This document shows positions 1-12,005 of a stretch of 64,000 nt of DNA, one piece after another. The notes under the pieces were generated by a model, which was given only the letters and a program-made list of their open reading frames with translations, ran no database searches and was not told the origin of the DNA. The first letter of the stretch is position 1. Every line of letters begins with the position of its first letter. Source of the DNA: Hemiscyllium ocellatum (taxonomy: Eukaryota); assembly GCF_020745735.1 (NCBI RefSeq), contig NC_083408.1, positions 10,788,484-10,852,483 of the forward strand, in the 5' to 3' direction. The position numbers were made by a program, and so were the translations under genes.

Positions 1-577
1 AGAGTTATGCTACAGTTCTGCAACACCTTGGTTAGACCACATTCAGAAAATTGTGCTTAGTTTTTTTTTGTCTCATTCCAGCAAAGTTGTGGAAGCTTTA
101 TCGAAGGTGCAGAGCAGATTTACCAGAATGCTGCCTGGAATGGACGGCATGTCTTGAGAAAAAAAGTTTGAAGGAGCGAGGGCCTTTCTCATTTGAACGA
201 AGAAGGATGAGAGATGACTTGATAGAGGTGGACAAGACATTGAGAGACATGAATAGAGTGGATAGCCAAAGACTTTATTTTACCCAGGGCAGAAATGCCC
301 ATTACAAGGGGGCATAATTTCAAAGTGATGGGAGAAAGATTGAGGGGAGATGTCAGAGGTTGGTTCTTCACATACACGGTGGTGATTGGAATGCACGGTG
401 GGCAGTGGTAGTAGAGTCAGATACCTTAGTGGACATTTAAGCGACTCTTGGATAGGCACATAGATGATAGTACAAGGAAAGATACGTAGGCTCTTCTCAT
501 GTTCCAGTTGGATAAAAAACCATGACAACATCAAGGGCTGAAGGGGTGGTACTATGCTGTACTATCCTATGATCTAT
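1..577 (+). mobile_element. CR1-clade LINE, 3' end (decayed ORF2 C-terminus and 3' UTR)
   Basis: Translates as VMLQFCNTLVRPHSENCA*, matching the CR1 ORF2 LYKTLVRPHLEYCVQFW motif. ERRRMRDDLIEVDK follows, and it ends in a GGCTGAAGGG...CTGTACTATCCTATGATCTAT CR1-type tail. Confidence 0.85.
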
Positions 578-799
578 TTAAACTGCTCACTGTGCTCCAG
601 ATGTGCAATGACGAAAACCTTAGACAGTTACAGTTAAACGTCTTGACACTAAAACGTCAAACCTTTTGAAATGAAAGTACACGTTCCATGAGCCGTTGTA
701 GTTAACTGTTAAGCCTGAATTGCTCATTTTTGTGTGTGTTCCATTTCCAATATATAGGTTGTAAGTTTCTGCGGTTTATTCCCGATTAAATAGCAATCC

Positions 800-1090
800 T
801 TTCTTCTGTTCTTCCTTCCAAAATGAGCAACTTCTCATTTTCCCACATCACACTCCATTTGACAGCTCTATGCTCCATTATTTAACCTATAAATATCTTT
901 CTGAACTATGTGTAATCCTCTCGCAAATTGCCTTTACCCTTTGTGAATATCTGTCAATTTCCAGGACATTGGCTTTCTTCCTCCATGGAGGAAATTGAAA
1001 AATAACCCCTGAGCCCCACACCTTTCTTGCTGTGCAGTAGTCAATTCTCTTTCTACGCCAATTTAATGTCATCAAAGATTCGTTCCCCAT
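800..1090 (-). mobile_element. CR1 LINE RT fragment, highly decayed
   Basis: The reverse complement resembles CR1 RT sequence (WQMEFNVGKCEVxHFG-like at ~810-870). Confidence 0.55.
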
Positions 1091-1159
1091 AACTGCCTCG
1101 ATTCTATTTTAAAGAGTCCATATTATCTTCGGGATTCCATATGGAAAACCCCCTTTTTA

Positions 1160-1485
1160 AACTTATTCATTCACCCGTTGATGGCGTCAGTGGCCAGGCC
1201 AGCATTTGTTACTCATCCCTTACGACCCAGTTAAGCATCAACCACTGCTGTGGGTTTGGCATCAATGTTGGCCAGTCCAAGAGAGAAAGGAAAGTTTCCT
1301 TTCCTAAAGGACATCCATGAACCAGATTTTCTTTAATGTTGTCAATCCATAATGGTGTAGTTGTCATCATTACGCTTTGAGTTCCAGATTCTAGTTTTTA
1401 ATTGATCCCAAATTCCAACATACGCCAAGTATTCCACCAAACAATATCTGGGTCTCTGGACTTAGTCCAGCGATGATATTCCTCA
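1160..1485 (-). mobile_element. tRNA-derived SINE with LINE-derived tail (SacSINE1-like shark SINE), decayed
   Basis: The minus strand reads ATCGCTGGACTAAGTCCAGAGACCCAG...GATGTCCTTTAGGAAAGGAAAC...GGGATGAGTAACAAATGCTGGCCTGGCCACTGACGCC...GAATGAATAA. The family assignment is from memory of shark SINEs. Confidence 0.6.
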
Positions 1486-1719
1486 CTAGTTTCATCATGT
1501 GATTTGCTTTCTATCTCTTTACCTTTATATCTCCCCTTCGCGCACTCGACTGGTTTTTAACATTTAACTTAACCTTTTGTGAGGTAACTTGTCGAATGTA
1601 CTCTGGAAGTCCAAATACAACATAAATATACTGCTAAGAGTCTATCCAGTATCGTTGAGACTTCTTGAAATTTATCAATTACTGCCGCATTTTTGTTATT
1701 GCACTTTACCTTGATCACA

Positions 1720-1912
1720 TACGTCAATGGGCCAATGAATAGCAGGTGGAGTGTGGGTAAGTGTGAGATACTGCATTTTGATATGGCAAAACTGGTCGGG
1801 AATGTACAGTTAATAGTAACGCTCTGGGAAGTGTTCCCGAAATGAGATACCAGGAGGTGTAGGTTCACATTTCCGTGAACGTTCAGTCGAGTGGACAGGA
1901 TGCTGAAGGGTG
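1720..1912 (+). mobile_element. CR1 LINE fragment interrupted by a PLE
   Basis: WANE*QVECG*CEILHFDM-like decayed CR1 RT thumb sequence. Confidence 0.55.
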
Positions 1913-2770
1913 CTGAGTCCAGAGTGAGATGCTGGAACAGCAGAGCAAGTCAGGAGCATCTGAGTAGGAGGCGAAACAATGTTTCAGGCGTCAGCACTTC
2001 ATCAGGAATGAGACTTGTGTGCTGGGGGCTCAAAGATAACTAGGCGAAGTGGGTTCAGGGGGAATGTAGCTGAGAAAGCGCTGGGTGGTTGAAGGTGAGA
2101 GAGAAGGTGATCTGTCGGAGAGGAGTCTGGAGCAGATAGATGGGAACAGTGATGGAAATGAAGGAGATTGTTTCTGAGTTAAAGACATGGGACCGGGATA
2201 ATATGAGTGGTGGGCAAATGAGGAAACTGCTGAAATCCAATTCATCCAGTGTGGGTTCAGGGTCCCAAGGCCGAATATAAGGCCCTTCTCCTCCAGGCGT
2301 CAGGTGGAATCACTTTGGGGGTGAAGGACCTCCAGAACATCCATGTCCATCATCGAGTGGGAGGAGGAGTTGAAGGCTTCAGCCATGGTGTGGTTGGGTA
2401 TGTGGGCCTGGATGTTCCAGATAGGTTCTCTGAATCGATCTGCAAGAAGGTGTCCTGCCTCCCCGATGCAGTTGATGATATTGGTAGAGGTACAAGTGAA
2501 TTCCGGCTGGATGTGCTAGAATCCCTTGGGGCCTTGAACAAAGGTGAGGGGAGTGGTGTGGGCGCAGGTCGTGTACTTCCCAAGAGGCAGGGAAAGGTGC
2601 CCGAAGTGCGGTGTGGGCTAGTGGGGAGTGCGGACATGACGAGGGAGTCAAGCAGACTTTTCAAGAACTCTAGTAGGAGTGGGGATGGAAATATATCTTT
2701 GGTGGTGGGATTCATTTGGAGTTGAAAGAAGTGGCGGAGTATGCTTTCTCGTATGTAGAGGTTGTTGGGT
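1913..2770 (-). mobile_element. Penelope-like element (Neptune-type), 3' part with GIY-YIG region and terminal hammerhead motif, decayed
   Basis: ORF 2350-2715(-) NPTTKDIFPSPLL...DSLV...GTFPC is homologous to the 53714-56558 element. The terminus carries a decayed ATTCCTGATGA...GAAAC motif on the minus strand (~1975-2009). Confidence 0.75.
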
Positions 2771-2779
2771 GAGGAGTGA

Positions 2780-4870
2780 GTTGCTTAAGAAGACGTAATT
2801 ATTGGGTCAGTGTTGACATCACGAGCGGAGGTGGTGTTTGTGACTGTGTTAACAGAGGCAGAGGAGGCGTCATGAGTAGGAAGGCATCATTACTCGTGGG
2901 TAGCCAGCTGCTGACATCGCCAGCTGCGCGTGACGTCAACGACAGAGACGACCAGTCACCACTGCCCTGCTAGTTGTCTCTATCGTTGATGTCACTTCAA
3001 CTGCCAGTTACATCATCCGCCAAGCACACAGTAATCATTGCCTTTTCTAACAGGACATCACTTCCACCCCTGTAATGACAGCCATAAACACAACTTCCAC
3101 CACGTTTGTGAACGTCACTTCCCTTGGGAACGTCACGACCGACGCTATAACCGACTCCAGTTCCAAACTCCCATCACATCTGGAAGTCCAGCCCCACTGC
3201 AATTCCAAGATCCCAACCCTTCTGTGTCATCACCATTCCCCCAGGCCTCCCCCTCACTGAGGACGAATGTTTGGTCTTCAGTAAAGGCCTCACATTAATC
3301 CCATTACGGTCCCAGCTAAATGAGTTTCTACCACCACCTCTGCCTCCGCGCCTATTGTTTTAACCAAGACACCCGCTCACCCACCGACAATCACTTCACC
3401 CGTCTCCGACCCACCACATCCACCTGTACATCCCGTGCTGGCCTGCTACCCACTCTTGACCTCTTCACTTACAACTGTTGGTGTGACATTGACCGCCTCA
3501 ACGTGTCAAACTACCTCACCCACTCCAACATCTCGCTATCACAACGTGCCATCTTCCAGTCACTCTGCTCCAACCCCCACCCCACCATCAAACGTGCAAA
3601 CAAGGGAGTGCAATAGCAGTCTGGCACACTGACCTGGACACTCCTGAAGCTTGGCGCCAGTTCTCATATCCTTCCTCCTCCTGTCTCCATCATCACAACT
3701 TCACCTCACATCCCTTACCCCATCCACAACCTCATCACCTCTGGGGATTTCCCATAAGCACCCTCCAAAATCATTGTTCATGATTCTCGCACCATCCGAT
3801 TCTACTTTATACCAAAGATTGACAAATTTGACTGACCGGTGGACCCATTGTCTCAGCCTGCGAAAGTGTACCACCTAACTCGTCTCTTCAGTTCATCTCC
3901 TACAGTTACACCAGTTCTCTGCTACCTCGATGACCTTATCGGTACTGCCTCTTCATCCCACAAGGAGGGTGAATAGCTCATCAACTTTGCCACGACATTC
4001 GACCCCGACGTCAAATTTACCTGGACCTTCATGGACACCTCCCCCCGCCCCTTCCTGGACCTGTCCATCACCGTCTCTGGCAATGAATATCCATAGGCAT
4101 ATACTACAAGAACACCGACTCCCAAAGCTACCAAGACTTCATCTCCTCCCTGCTTATCACCTGTTATAAATGACATTCCTTATTCCTAATTCATTCGGCT
4201 CCACTGCATCCATTCCCGGGAGTGTCAATTCTACCTCAGAATGTCCAGTTAGCCTCATTATTCCACGTTCACATCTTCCCTTCCCACTTGGTTTACCATG
4301 GCCTCCAGTGCATCACTTCCACTTCGCGCACCACTGCCCTTGAAACCTACCCCTCACAGCGCAACAAAGAACAGAACTCACTAGTTCACACCTTCCACTC
4401 TACCAAACCTCGCTAACAATGCATTATCCTCTGCGACTTCCGCAACTCCAAACCACCAAAGATATATTTTTCTCCCTACACCTATCAGCGTTGCAAAAAG
4501 ACCTTTGACGACTCACTCTTCAAGTCCACCACCCCCACCAGCCACAACTCAAACCTGTCACACTTCTCTGCACTGAAGGAAGTGCAAGACCTGTGCTCAC
4601 ACCGCTTGCCTCCCCTCCATCCAAGGCCCCACGGGATCTATCCACATCCATCAGAAATCCACCTCTACCTCTACCAATGTCATCCACTGGTTTCTTTGCA
4701 CACGGTGTGGTCTCCGCTCCATCAGGAAGACAGCACACATTCTTGAGAATCGTTTCAAATAATATTTATGGGACACCCTCACCCACCCACCCCACAGTCG
4801 CGTGACTGAAGCCTTCAAATGCCCCTCCCACTCCATCTGAGATTTCCGAGTCCTGTGCCTCGTCCTTTAC
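2780..4870 (+). mobile_element. Penelope-like element (Neptune-type), decayed RT and GIY-YIG, opposite orientation to 1913-2770
   Basis: PTIKRANKG (normally IKPADKGG) at ~3580, RFYFIPKID at ~3800, FTWT...PFLDLSI at ~4015, and a GIY-YIG-like region at ~4560-4860. Confidence 0.7.
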
Positions 4871-5335
4871 AGCTGACATTGCTCGAGTAATTGGACATGA
4901 GGAATAAGATCAATATTAGGCGATGACCACATTCTAACCAGGCAAGGCTTTTTTTTTACGATAAAAGTGTTGTATGTGTGCACTGTACCTTTCAGAGAAA
5001 GTGAAAGCTGGCAACAATTGAACAAGCACATAATGTGCCAATCAGTTTAAAACTGCAATAGGTGGCTGTGAAACAAATATCTGAAGCTTAGTTACTATGT
5101 TACATAACAAATTCGCATGTGGTTAATCAGTTTAAACTATGCCACAAGATACCAAAATCGAATCGAATTTGAACGCTAATGTTTTGGTTACATCAAATCC
5201 GTGAGACGATCCGACATTTTGACATATGAAACAGCACATTTTGATTAGTCAGTAAGAGTAGCAAAGAACACCAACAAACACAGATGGCCCACGGAATCGC
5301 TCTCTTAAGGGTACATATTCATGTGATCTCTGCAC

Positions 5336-5672
5336 AATCAGGGAATATTAGATGAGAATGTTCCAATAATAGATCAGAACCGGAGAACATTGGACAAGAG
5401 TGTTCTAACAATTGATCAGAATTTGTGAATAAAACACTGGAATGTTTGGACAATAGATCTGAATCTGAGAGCAATAGACTGTAATGTCCCAAGAATGGAT
5501 CAGAATCTGAGAACATTACGTTGGAATGTTGCAATAAACGGATTGGAATCCGAGAATATTAGAATGGAATGTTTTAGCGTTGGAGCGGAATCTGAGAACA
5601 TTAGACTGGAATGTTACAACAATGGATCAGAATCTGAGAACATTAGGCTGGAATTGTGCCATCGATGGACAG
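5336..5672 (+). repeat. 42-bp tandem repeat, ~8 diverged copies, encoding 14-aa units (consensus ~MDQNLRTLDWNVTT)
   Basis: The unit GAGAACATTAGACTGGAATGTTACAACAATGGATCAGAATCT is seen directly, with neighbouring copies in phase. Confidence 0.9.
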
Positions 5673-5797
5673 TAGAGTATTGTATGGTTTTTACCGGCTT
5701 TCTCAGGATTGGATATAGTTACCATGGCAGATAGAATTTCTTCTGATGATTATTCAAGCAGTCTGCTATCCAATCCTCGCGATTTCTGGTGTTCATG
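5336..5797 (+). pseudogene. First coding exon of a GPR139/GPR142-like orphan class A GPCR, pseudogenised (N-terminal repeats plus TM1 start)
   Basis: Ends ...LLMIIQAVCYPILAISGVH at a phase-1 boundary (G|GCAATT, decayed donor). It is homologous to exon 41712-41888 (IIQYFYYPFLAIAGVP G|GTAAGT), and contains stops and frameshifts. Confidence 0.7.
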
Positions 5798-6600
5798 GCA
5801 ATTCTATCTATGCCTAATTATTAAGTCAGTGAACCATTGTGAACGCCATCACTATTTCTATTGTCTCTATTTATCAAAGATACAAACTACTGTATTCACT
5901 TTCAATCACAAGCTCCATTCCTATTCCATGGCTTTCATGCCAATCACTTACAAACATCAGGGGAGCAATAAAAGTGTTCAGAACCAAGATTACCACATTG
6001 TGTCCTGAGCTAAGTTATGCCTTAATTATCCCTCCATCATCAACCGCTACCTATTCCCAGTCTTCACATCTGTCTCAGGGCTGTTTCTGAATAAACTGTC
6101 ATCCACACCTTTCTGGTTGCGGTTCGCTTCTAGACTGTCTTCCAAATACAAATACTTTGATCACAAACGTAATCCTGTGTCTCCCTTGGCCTATGCCAGG
6201 TGTAAATTGTAAATTCCGTTTGATTCAAAATGGTGTGGTCACAGTTTTATGTCATCTCTGTCAGCATAAACTGTAACCTAAATTTAGATAGAGCACTGTG
6301 CTCTCAGTGACCATGAAGTGACACTTTCATTGAATTGTTTTGATTCTGAAAGTTTCCGAGCAGAGTTGGTACCAAGTTCATCAACTCTCATGTGCACTCA
6401 GTGATGGAGGCAATCTATGAAAAGCACACACCTCCACCTCCGCAGATGGGAATATATTAGCTGTGTCTCTACAGATGAAGATACACAAAATCTTCCAGAA
6501 TGTTTACGCGAAATAGTGACTGATGAAACTGAGAAACTGTGGGAGATTAAAATGAATACAGTGAAGTTAATAGAAATATTGAAGTGAAGGTTGGTAAAGG

Positions 6601-8176
6601 ATAGAACATAGAACATTACAGCGCAGTACAAGTCCTTCGGCCTTCGATGTTGTGCCGACCTATCATACCAATCTGAAGCCCAACTAACCTAGACTATTCC
6701 ATTTACGTCCATATGCTTGTCCAATGACGACTTAAATGTAATTGATGTTGGCGAATCTACCACCGTTGCTGGCAAAGCATTCGATCCACTTACCACTCTC
6801 TGATTAAAGAAACCCCTCAATTTAAAGCTAGACCCCCTCATGCTTGCCGTCATTATACTTTGAAAAAATGTTTTTCCTGTCCACTATATCCAATCCTCTG
6901 ATTATCTTATACGTCTCTATTAAGTCACTTCTCAACCTTCTTCATTCTAACGAAAACCTTATTCCCTCAGCCTTTCCTTGTAAGACCTTCCCTCCATACT
7001 AGGCAACATCCTAGTAAATCTCCTTCGCACCCTTTCCAAAGCTTCCACATCCTTCTTGCAATGGGGTGAGCAGAACAGTACACAATACTCCAAGTGCGGC
7101 CATACCAGAGTTTTGTACAGATGCAGCAGAACCTCTTCGTTCCGGAACACGACCCCTCTATTAATAAAAGCTACAACACTTTATGCCTTCTTAACAACAC
7201 TGTCAACCTGGGCGCCAAATTTCAAAGATCTGTATACATGGACAACGAGATCTCTGTGCTCATCTACACTAAAGAATCTTACCATTAGCCCTGTACTTTG
7301 TATTTCAGTTAATCAGACCAAAGTGAATCACCTCACAGTTGTTCGCATGAAACTCTATTTGCCACCTCTCAGCCCAGCTCTGCAGTTTATCTGTGTCTCT
7401 CTGTAACCTACAACATCCTTCGTCACTATCCACAATTGCACCAACGTTCGTGTCGTCTGCAAATTTAACCAACCCCTCTGCACCCTCATCCATATCGTTC
7501 ACAAAAATGACGAATAGCAGTGGACCCAACACCGACCCTTGCGATACACTACTAATGACTGGACTGGAGGATGAACATTTCCCATCAAACACCACACTCT
7601 GTCATCTTGCAGCAAGCCAATTACTGATCGAATCTGCTATATCTCCCACAATCCCATTTGTCCGCATTTTGAACAACAGCCTACTGTGGAGATCCTTATC
7701 AAACGGCTTGCTGAAATCTACTTCTGCTACATTAACAGATTTACTCTCATCTACATGTTTGGTCACCTTTGCAAAGAATTTAATAAGGTTTGAGATGCAC
7801 GACCTACACTTCACAAAACCGTGTTGACTATCCCTAATCAAAATACGCTTTTTTAGATTATTTTACATCCTATCTCTTATAACTTTTTCCAACACTTTAC
7901 CAACAACTGAAGTAAGGCTCACTGGTCGAAAATTACCAGCGTTGTCTCGACTCCCCTTCTTGAACAATGAACCCACATTTGCTACTCTTCAGTCTTCTGG
8001 CACAATTCCTGTAGACAATGGTGATTTAGAGTGCACTTCAAGAGGCTCGGTGATCTCATCGATGGCTTCACAGAGGATCCTAGGATAAGTGCCATACTGC
8101 CCAGGGTATTTATCTATTTTCACACTCTTCAGGATTTCTAACACCTCTTCCTTGTGAACCTCAATCCCACCCAGTC
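6601..8176 (-). mobile_element. CR1 LINE, 5'-truncated
   Basis: ORFs 7602-7841 (IRDSQHGFVK.RSCISNLI), 7305-7595 (SVSQGSVLGPLLFVIFVNDMD...KFADDT) and 6959-7150 (LYKTLVWPHLEYCV). The tail is (TTCTATG)-like at 6601-6615. Confidence 0.92.
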
Positions 8177-9581
8177 TAGGAGGTTATATATGAGTATTGG
8201 ACAGGGATGGAAAATAAATCAAGTTTAAATACGGGACAACTTGGTGTCTGTGCTGAGGAAAATATTGTAATCTGTTGTTTGGAATGCGACAATTTGAAAC
8301 GGGGCGGGGGGGGTGGAATCATGACATGACTTGGCAGAGTCAGCTGAGCTTCAGGAAATGTAATCACCATTGCGAAAACTGTGGAATTTGTACTTGCTGA
8401 GGCAAATTTGTCTCATTCACAAATGCGACCCAGTAGGAGCAGTGTAAATGAATTTTCAAAATAGTTTTGACGCCATTAAATGAGAGGTGCCGGGAGGTTA
8501 ATGTGTACAGGAGATATACAACATGAATTGTTAATTTGGTAGCAGACACAATACAGAGAGCAGTGCCAGTTACTGGACTGAAGACCGTTATTCTCGGGTT
8601 TTCACATGTATCAGTGTTTGGTCCAGGTCAATTTGCAATATGGATACATAATTTGGTTGTGATTACCAAATAGCAGAGATCTCATTTTGTCTTGATTAGT
8701 TTATGCGAGGTTGGGAAATGCCGTTGTCCGAAAGTGCCTGCATGTCCTTGATCATGAGTCAACAAAAATACATGCAGACATGAATGAGTCACTAAGTCTT
8801 AAGTACGCAAACGTGTCCATGCTGACCTGTTACAATGTCGACTGTTTTGCTCATTTCAAAGTACAGCCACAGCTGCTAGCATGTGATCAGGCTGTTCCAC
8901 ATATAACAAATAGCTGCCAAATGGATACCTAAGTTTTGGTTGTTTATTTTAATCATATCCATGATACCTGAAGCCATTGGAAGTCGAATTTTATTATTTA
9001 CACACCTGGAACCAATCAAGTTATAAGAATTCAATCTGTCATAGGGAGAATATATATTGTGTATTTCGAAAATAAGAGGGATAGCAAATGCCAAGTGTTG
9101 TAAAACCGGTGAACTATCTGATCATCGAAAGTCTTGGTCTCAAGGAAAGTACAAAACACTCTCTATCAAAGATAACTTTTCATGGAAAACGTACTTGCAA
9201 TTAAAAACAAGAAAGTGGACTCAGGGAGCAAAGCAGCTGGAAGGTTGAAGACAGGGGAGGAGACAGAGACTGCGTGGTGTTAAGATTAGGTGAAAGTTAA
9301 TATTAATTAGTGTGTTATTGGAGCAGCAAGTATTTTTATAGATTTGGCGTCAGATTGTGAGTAGTTAAGAAAAATAATTCTTGGTTTTGTGAAAAGTTGT
9401 TATGTCGTGAATCCTGGAATTTGGGTTTTCTTATGTTACTCGTATTTCAAAAGATTATGAGGTGTGGTGAGCTTCTCTCGTTGAGTGGTTTTAATTTAAC
9501 AGAGGTTCAAACCTTGTGAGAAGTTTTGTAGCTCGGGTGATCGTTGTTGTGGTTCTGTTCGTTGAGCTGGGAGTTTTTGTT

Positions 9582-9621
9582 GCAAACGTTTCATCCCATT
9601 TCTAGGTGACATCTTCAGTAC
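9582..9621 (-). ncRNA. Minimal type I hammerhead ribozyme motif (Poseidon PLE terminal repeat)
   Basis: Minus strand: GTA-CTGAAGA-TGTCACCTAGAAATGGGAT-GAAA-CGT-T-TGC. This has the CUGANGA/GAAA core, a short stem I and a palindromic stem III. Confidence 0.6.
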
Positions 9622-10149
9622 TTGGGAGCCTCCTGTGAAGCGCTTCCGAGCTGATTCCTCCGGCATTTATACTGGTTTGAATCTGCCGCTTCCAGTTGTC
9701 AGTTGCTGTCTGCTGCAGTGGCCTACGGGCGAGACACGCTAAGACAAGCCAAGAAATGGGAATCCTGTGGTAACCGCCTAAGCGCCACACATGAACAACT
9801 CTGATTCCTGCATGAATGCTGAAAGAATCGAATCCTTCCAAAATGTGTCAGATACAGACCACCAGTCAACAATCCACAAGCCAGGGACACAGCCAGACAG
9901 AATGGACGCAGGATGATCCAGGTAATGATGACAGATGCTCACAACAGACTCCACTAATACACAGACAAGAAATTGCGCGCCAAAAATCGTTAATTTTAAA
10001 AACTACCAATCAGGCATAGACCCAGCCCATAGAATAGGCTGTCACCATAGCACAGAACAGGACCACACACTGCAAAAAAACGACACTAAAAGAAAAAAAA
10101 AAGACCAAACTAACACACAACGAAAAGGACACCACAACACACACCTGGG

Positions 10150-12005
10150 TTAAAAACCTCTCCCTCAGACAGCTCACAGAAACGGAAAGAACAATACTGG
10201 CCAAGGGACTTAACTACAACCACAGGGACGCCAAGACAGCAGACTTCCTAGCAGCACGAGAATGCACACTCAGGAATAATGGATTGACAGAAGAGCCACA
10301 ACAAACAGTGAGACAAAGTATCATACCGATGATAACATTGAAAAGACAAACGCACAACCTCAACACCAAGGAGAAAGAAGCACTAAAATCACTAAGAAAC
10401 GATAAGACCATAATCTTACTACCAGCAGACAAAGGTGGAATGACTGTGATACTGGACAAATCAGATTACATTCAAAAAGCTGAACAACTACTTGCAGACA
10501 CCAACACCAACCAAAAGAGGGAGTTTGACCCCACTGCACAGCTCACCAATAGGATAAACAACACACTGAGAAATGTACAAAAAAACGGACAGATAACCAG
10601 GACTGACCTACAAAGAATAAAACCGGAAAGCAACAACACCCCCAGATTCTATGGACTACCTAAAGTACACAAACCAGACATCCCATTCAGACCCATAGTA
10701 TCACTACCAGGAACACCATCACACAAACTGGCTAAAGAGCCACAACAGAAACTGAAACACCTGATCAGCGGATCCAGACACTTTATACAGTCAACACAAG
10801 AATTCTTGGACATCATCAGAAATATACACATAGACAAGGAAGAAACCATGGTCTCATTCTATGTAACCGCACTGTCCATTTCTATTGACAAAGCCCTAGC
10901 CAGAGAAACAATATCCAAGCTGCAGGACATACACAACAGACAACAGGACGCTGAACTTATTAACAAAGACGCCATACTTAAACTACTGGACCTGTGCCTC
11001 ACAACACACTTCACATTCAACAACCAGATGTATGAACAAATCAACGGAACACCCATGGGCTCACCGATCTCCGGATCATAGCGGAAGCAGTCATGCAAAG
11101 GTTAGAAAAAACAATTTTAACGCAATTACAACCCAAACTCTGCGTCAGATACGTGGACGACACCTTTGTAATCATTAAAAACACAGAAATAGAGAACTCA
11201 CACCGGATCATCAACGCCACACTCACAGGAATCCGATTCACTAGAGAGGAAGAAAAGAACAACCAGCTCCCATTCCTGTACGTGATGGCACAAAGAACAC
11301 CGAACGGAGAATTCACCACGAAAGTATACAGAAAAGCCACACACACAGACCAAGTCCTGAACTATGAAAGCAACCACCCAACACACACAAACGAAGTTGC
11401 ATCAGGACATTATTCAAAAGGGCCACAACACACTGCAGCACACCTGAACTACAAAAAGAGGAAGAAGAACACCTATACAAGGTATTCACCAAAAACGGAT
11501 ACCTGCGCAATTTCATCACCAGATGCCTTAGGGAAAGACAACGAAATGAGGACATACCACAACCCAAAAGACTGGCCACACTCCCATACATCAGGAGCAT
11601 TTCTGAACTGACAGCCAGACTCCTGTGACAACTAGGACTAATAACAGCACACAAACCAACAGCCACTCTCAGGCAACAACTCACCAGGACAAAGGATCCG
11701 ATACCCAGCATGAGCAAAACCAACGTAGTGTACAAAATCCCATGCAAGGACTGCACGAAACACTACATATGACAAACAGGGAGACAACTAACAACGCGCA
11801 TCCATGAACACCAACTAGCCATGAAACGACACGACCAGCTATCCCTAATAGCCACACACTCAGATGACAAACAACACGAATTCGATTGGGACAACACCAC
11901 TATTATAGGGCAGGCCAAACAGAGAACAGCCAGGGAATTCCTACAGGCATGGCACTCATCAACAATTTCTATCAACAGACACATCGACCTAGACCCTATG
12001 TACCG
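10150..12005 (+). pseudogene. Poseidon PLE RT and GIY-YIG endonuclease ORF, broken by a few frameshifts and stops
   Basis: ILLPADKGG, PRFYGLPKVHK, PFRPIVS, YEQINGTPMGSPIS, RYVDDTF, FTTKVYRKATHTD, and NVVYKIPCKDCTKHYI*QTGRQLTTRIHEH (GIY-YIG) at ~11720. Confidence 0.92.

Noticed and set aside
2249-2725. Antisense ORFs over PLE and CR1 copies (also 7393-7827, 11313-11756, 54352-54759)
   Set aside because: These are shadow frames of retroelement coding sequence.
4956-5320. LTR fragment acting as promoter for the GPCR exon
   Set aside because: It looks LTR-like, but no termini, partner LTR or TSD could be defined.
5336-5672. Regularly spaced repeats as a CRISPR array
   Set aside because: These are head-to-tail diverged units with no unique spacers and no cas genes, in a eukaryotic context. 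The same applies to 40670-41210 and 62490-62945.
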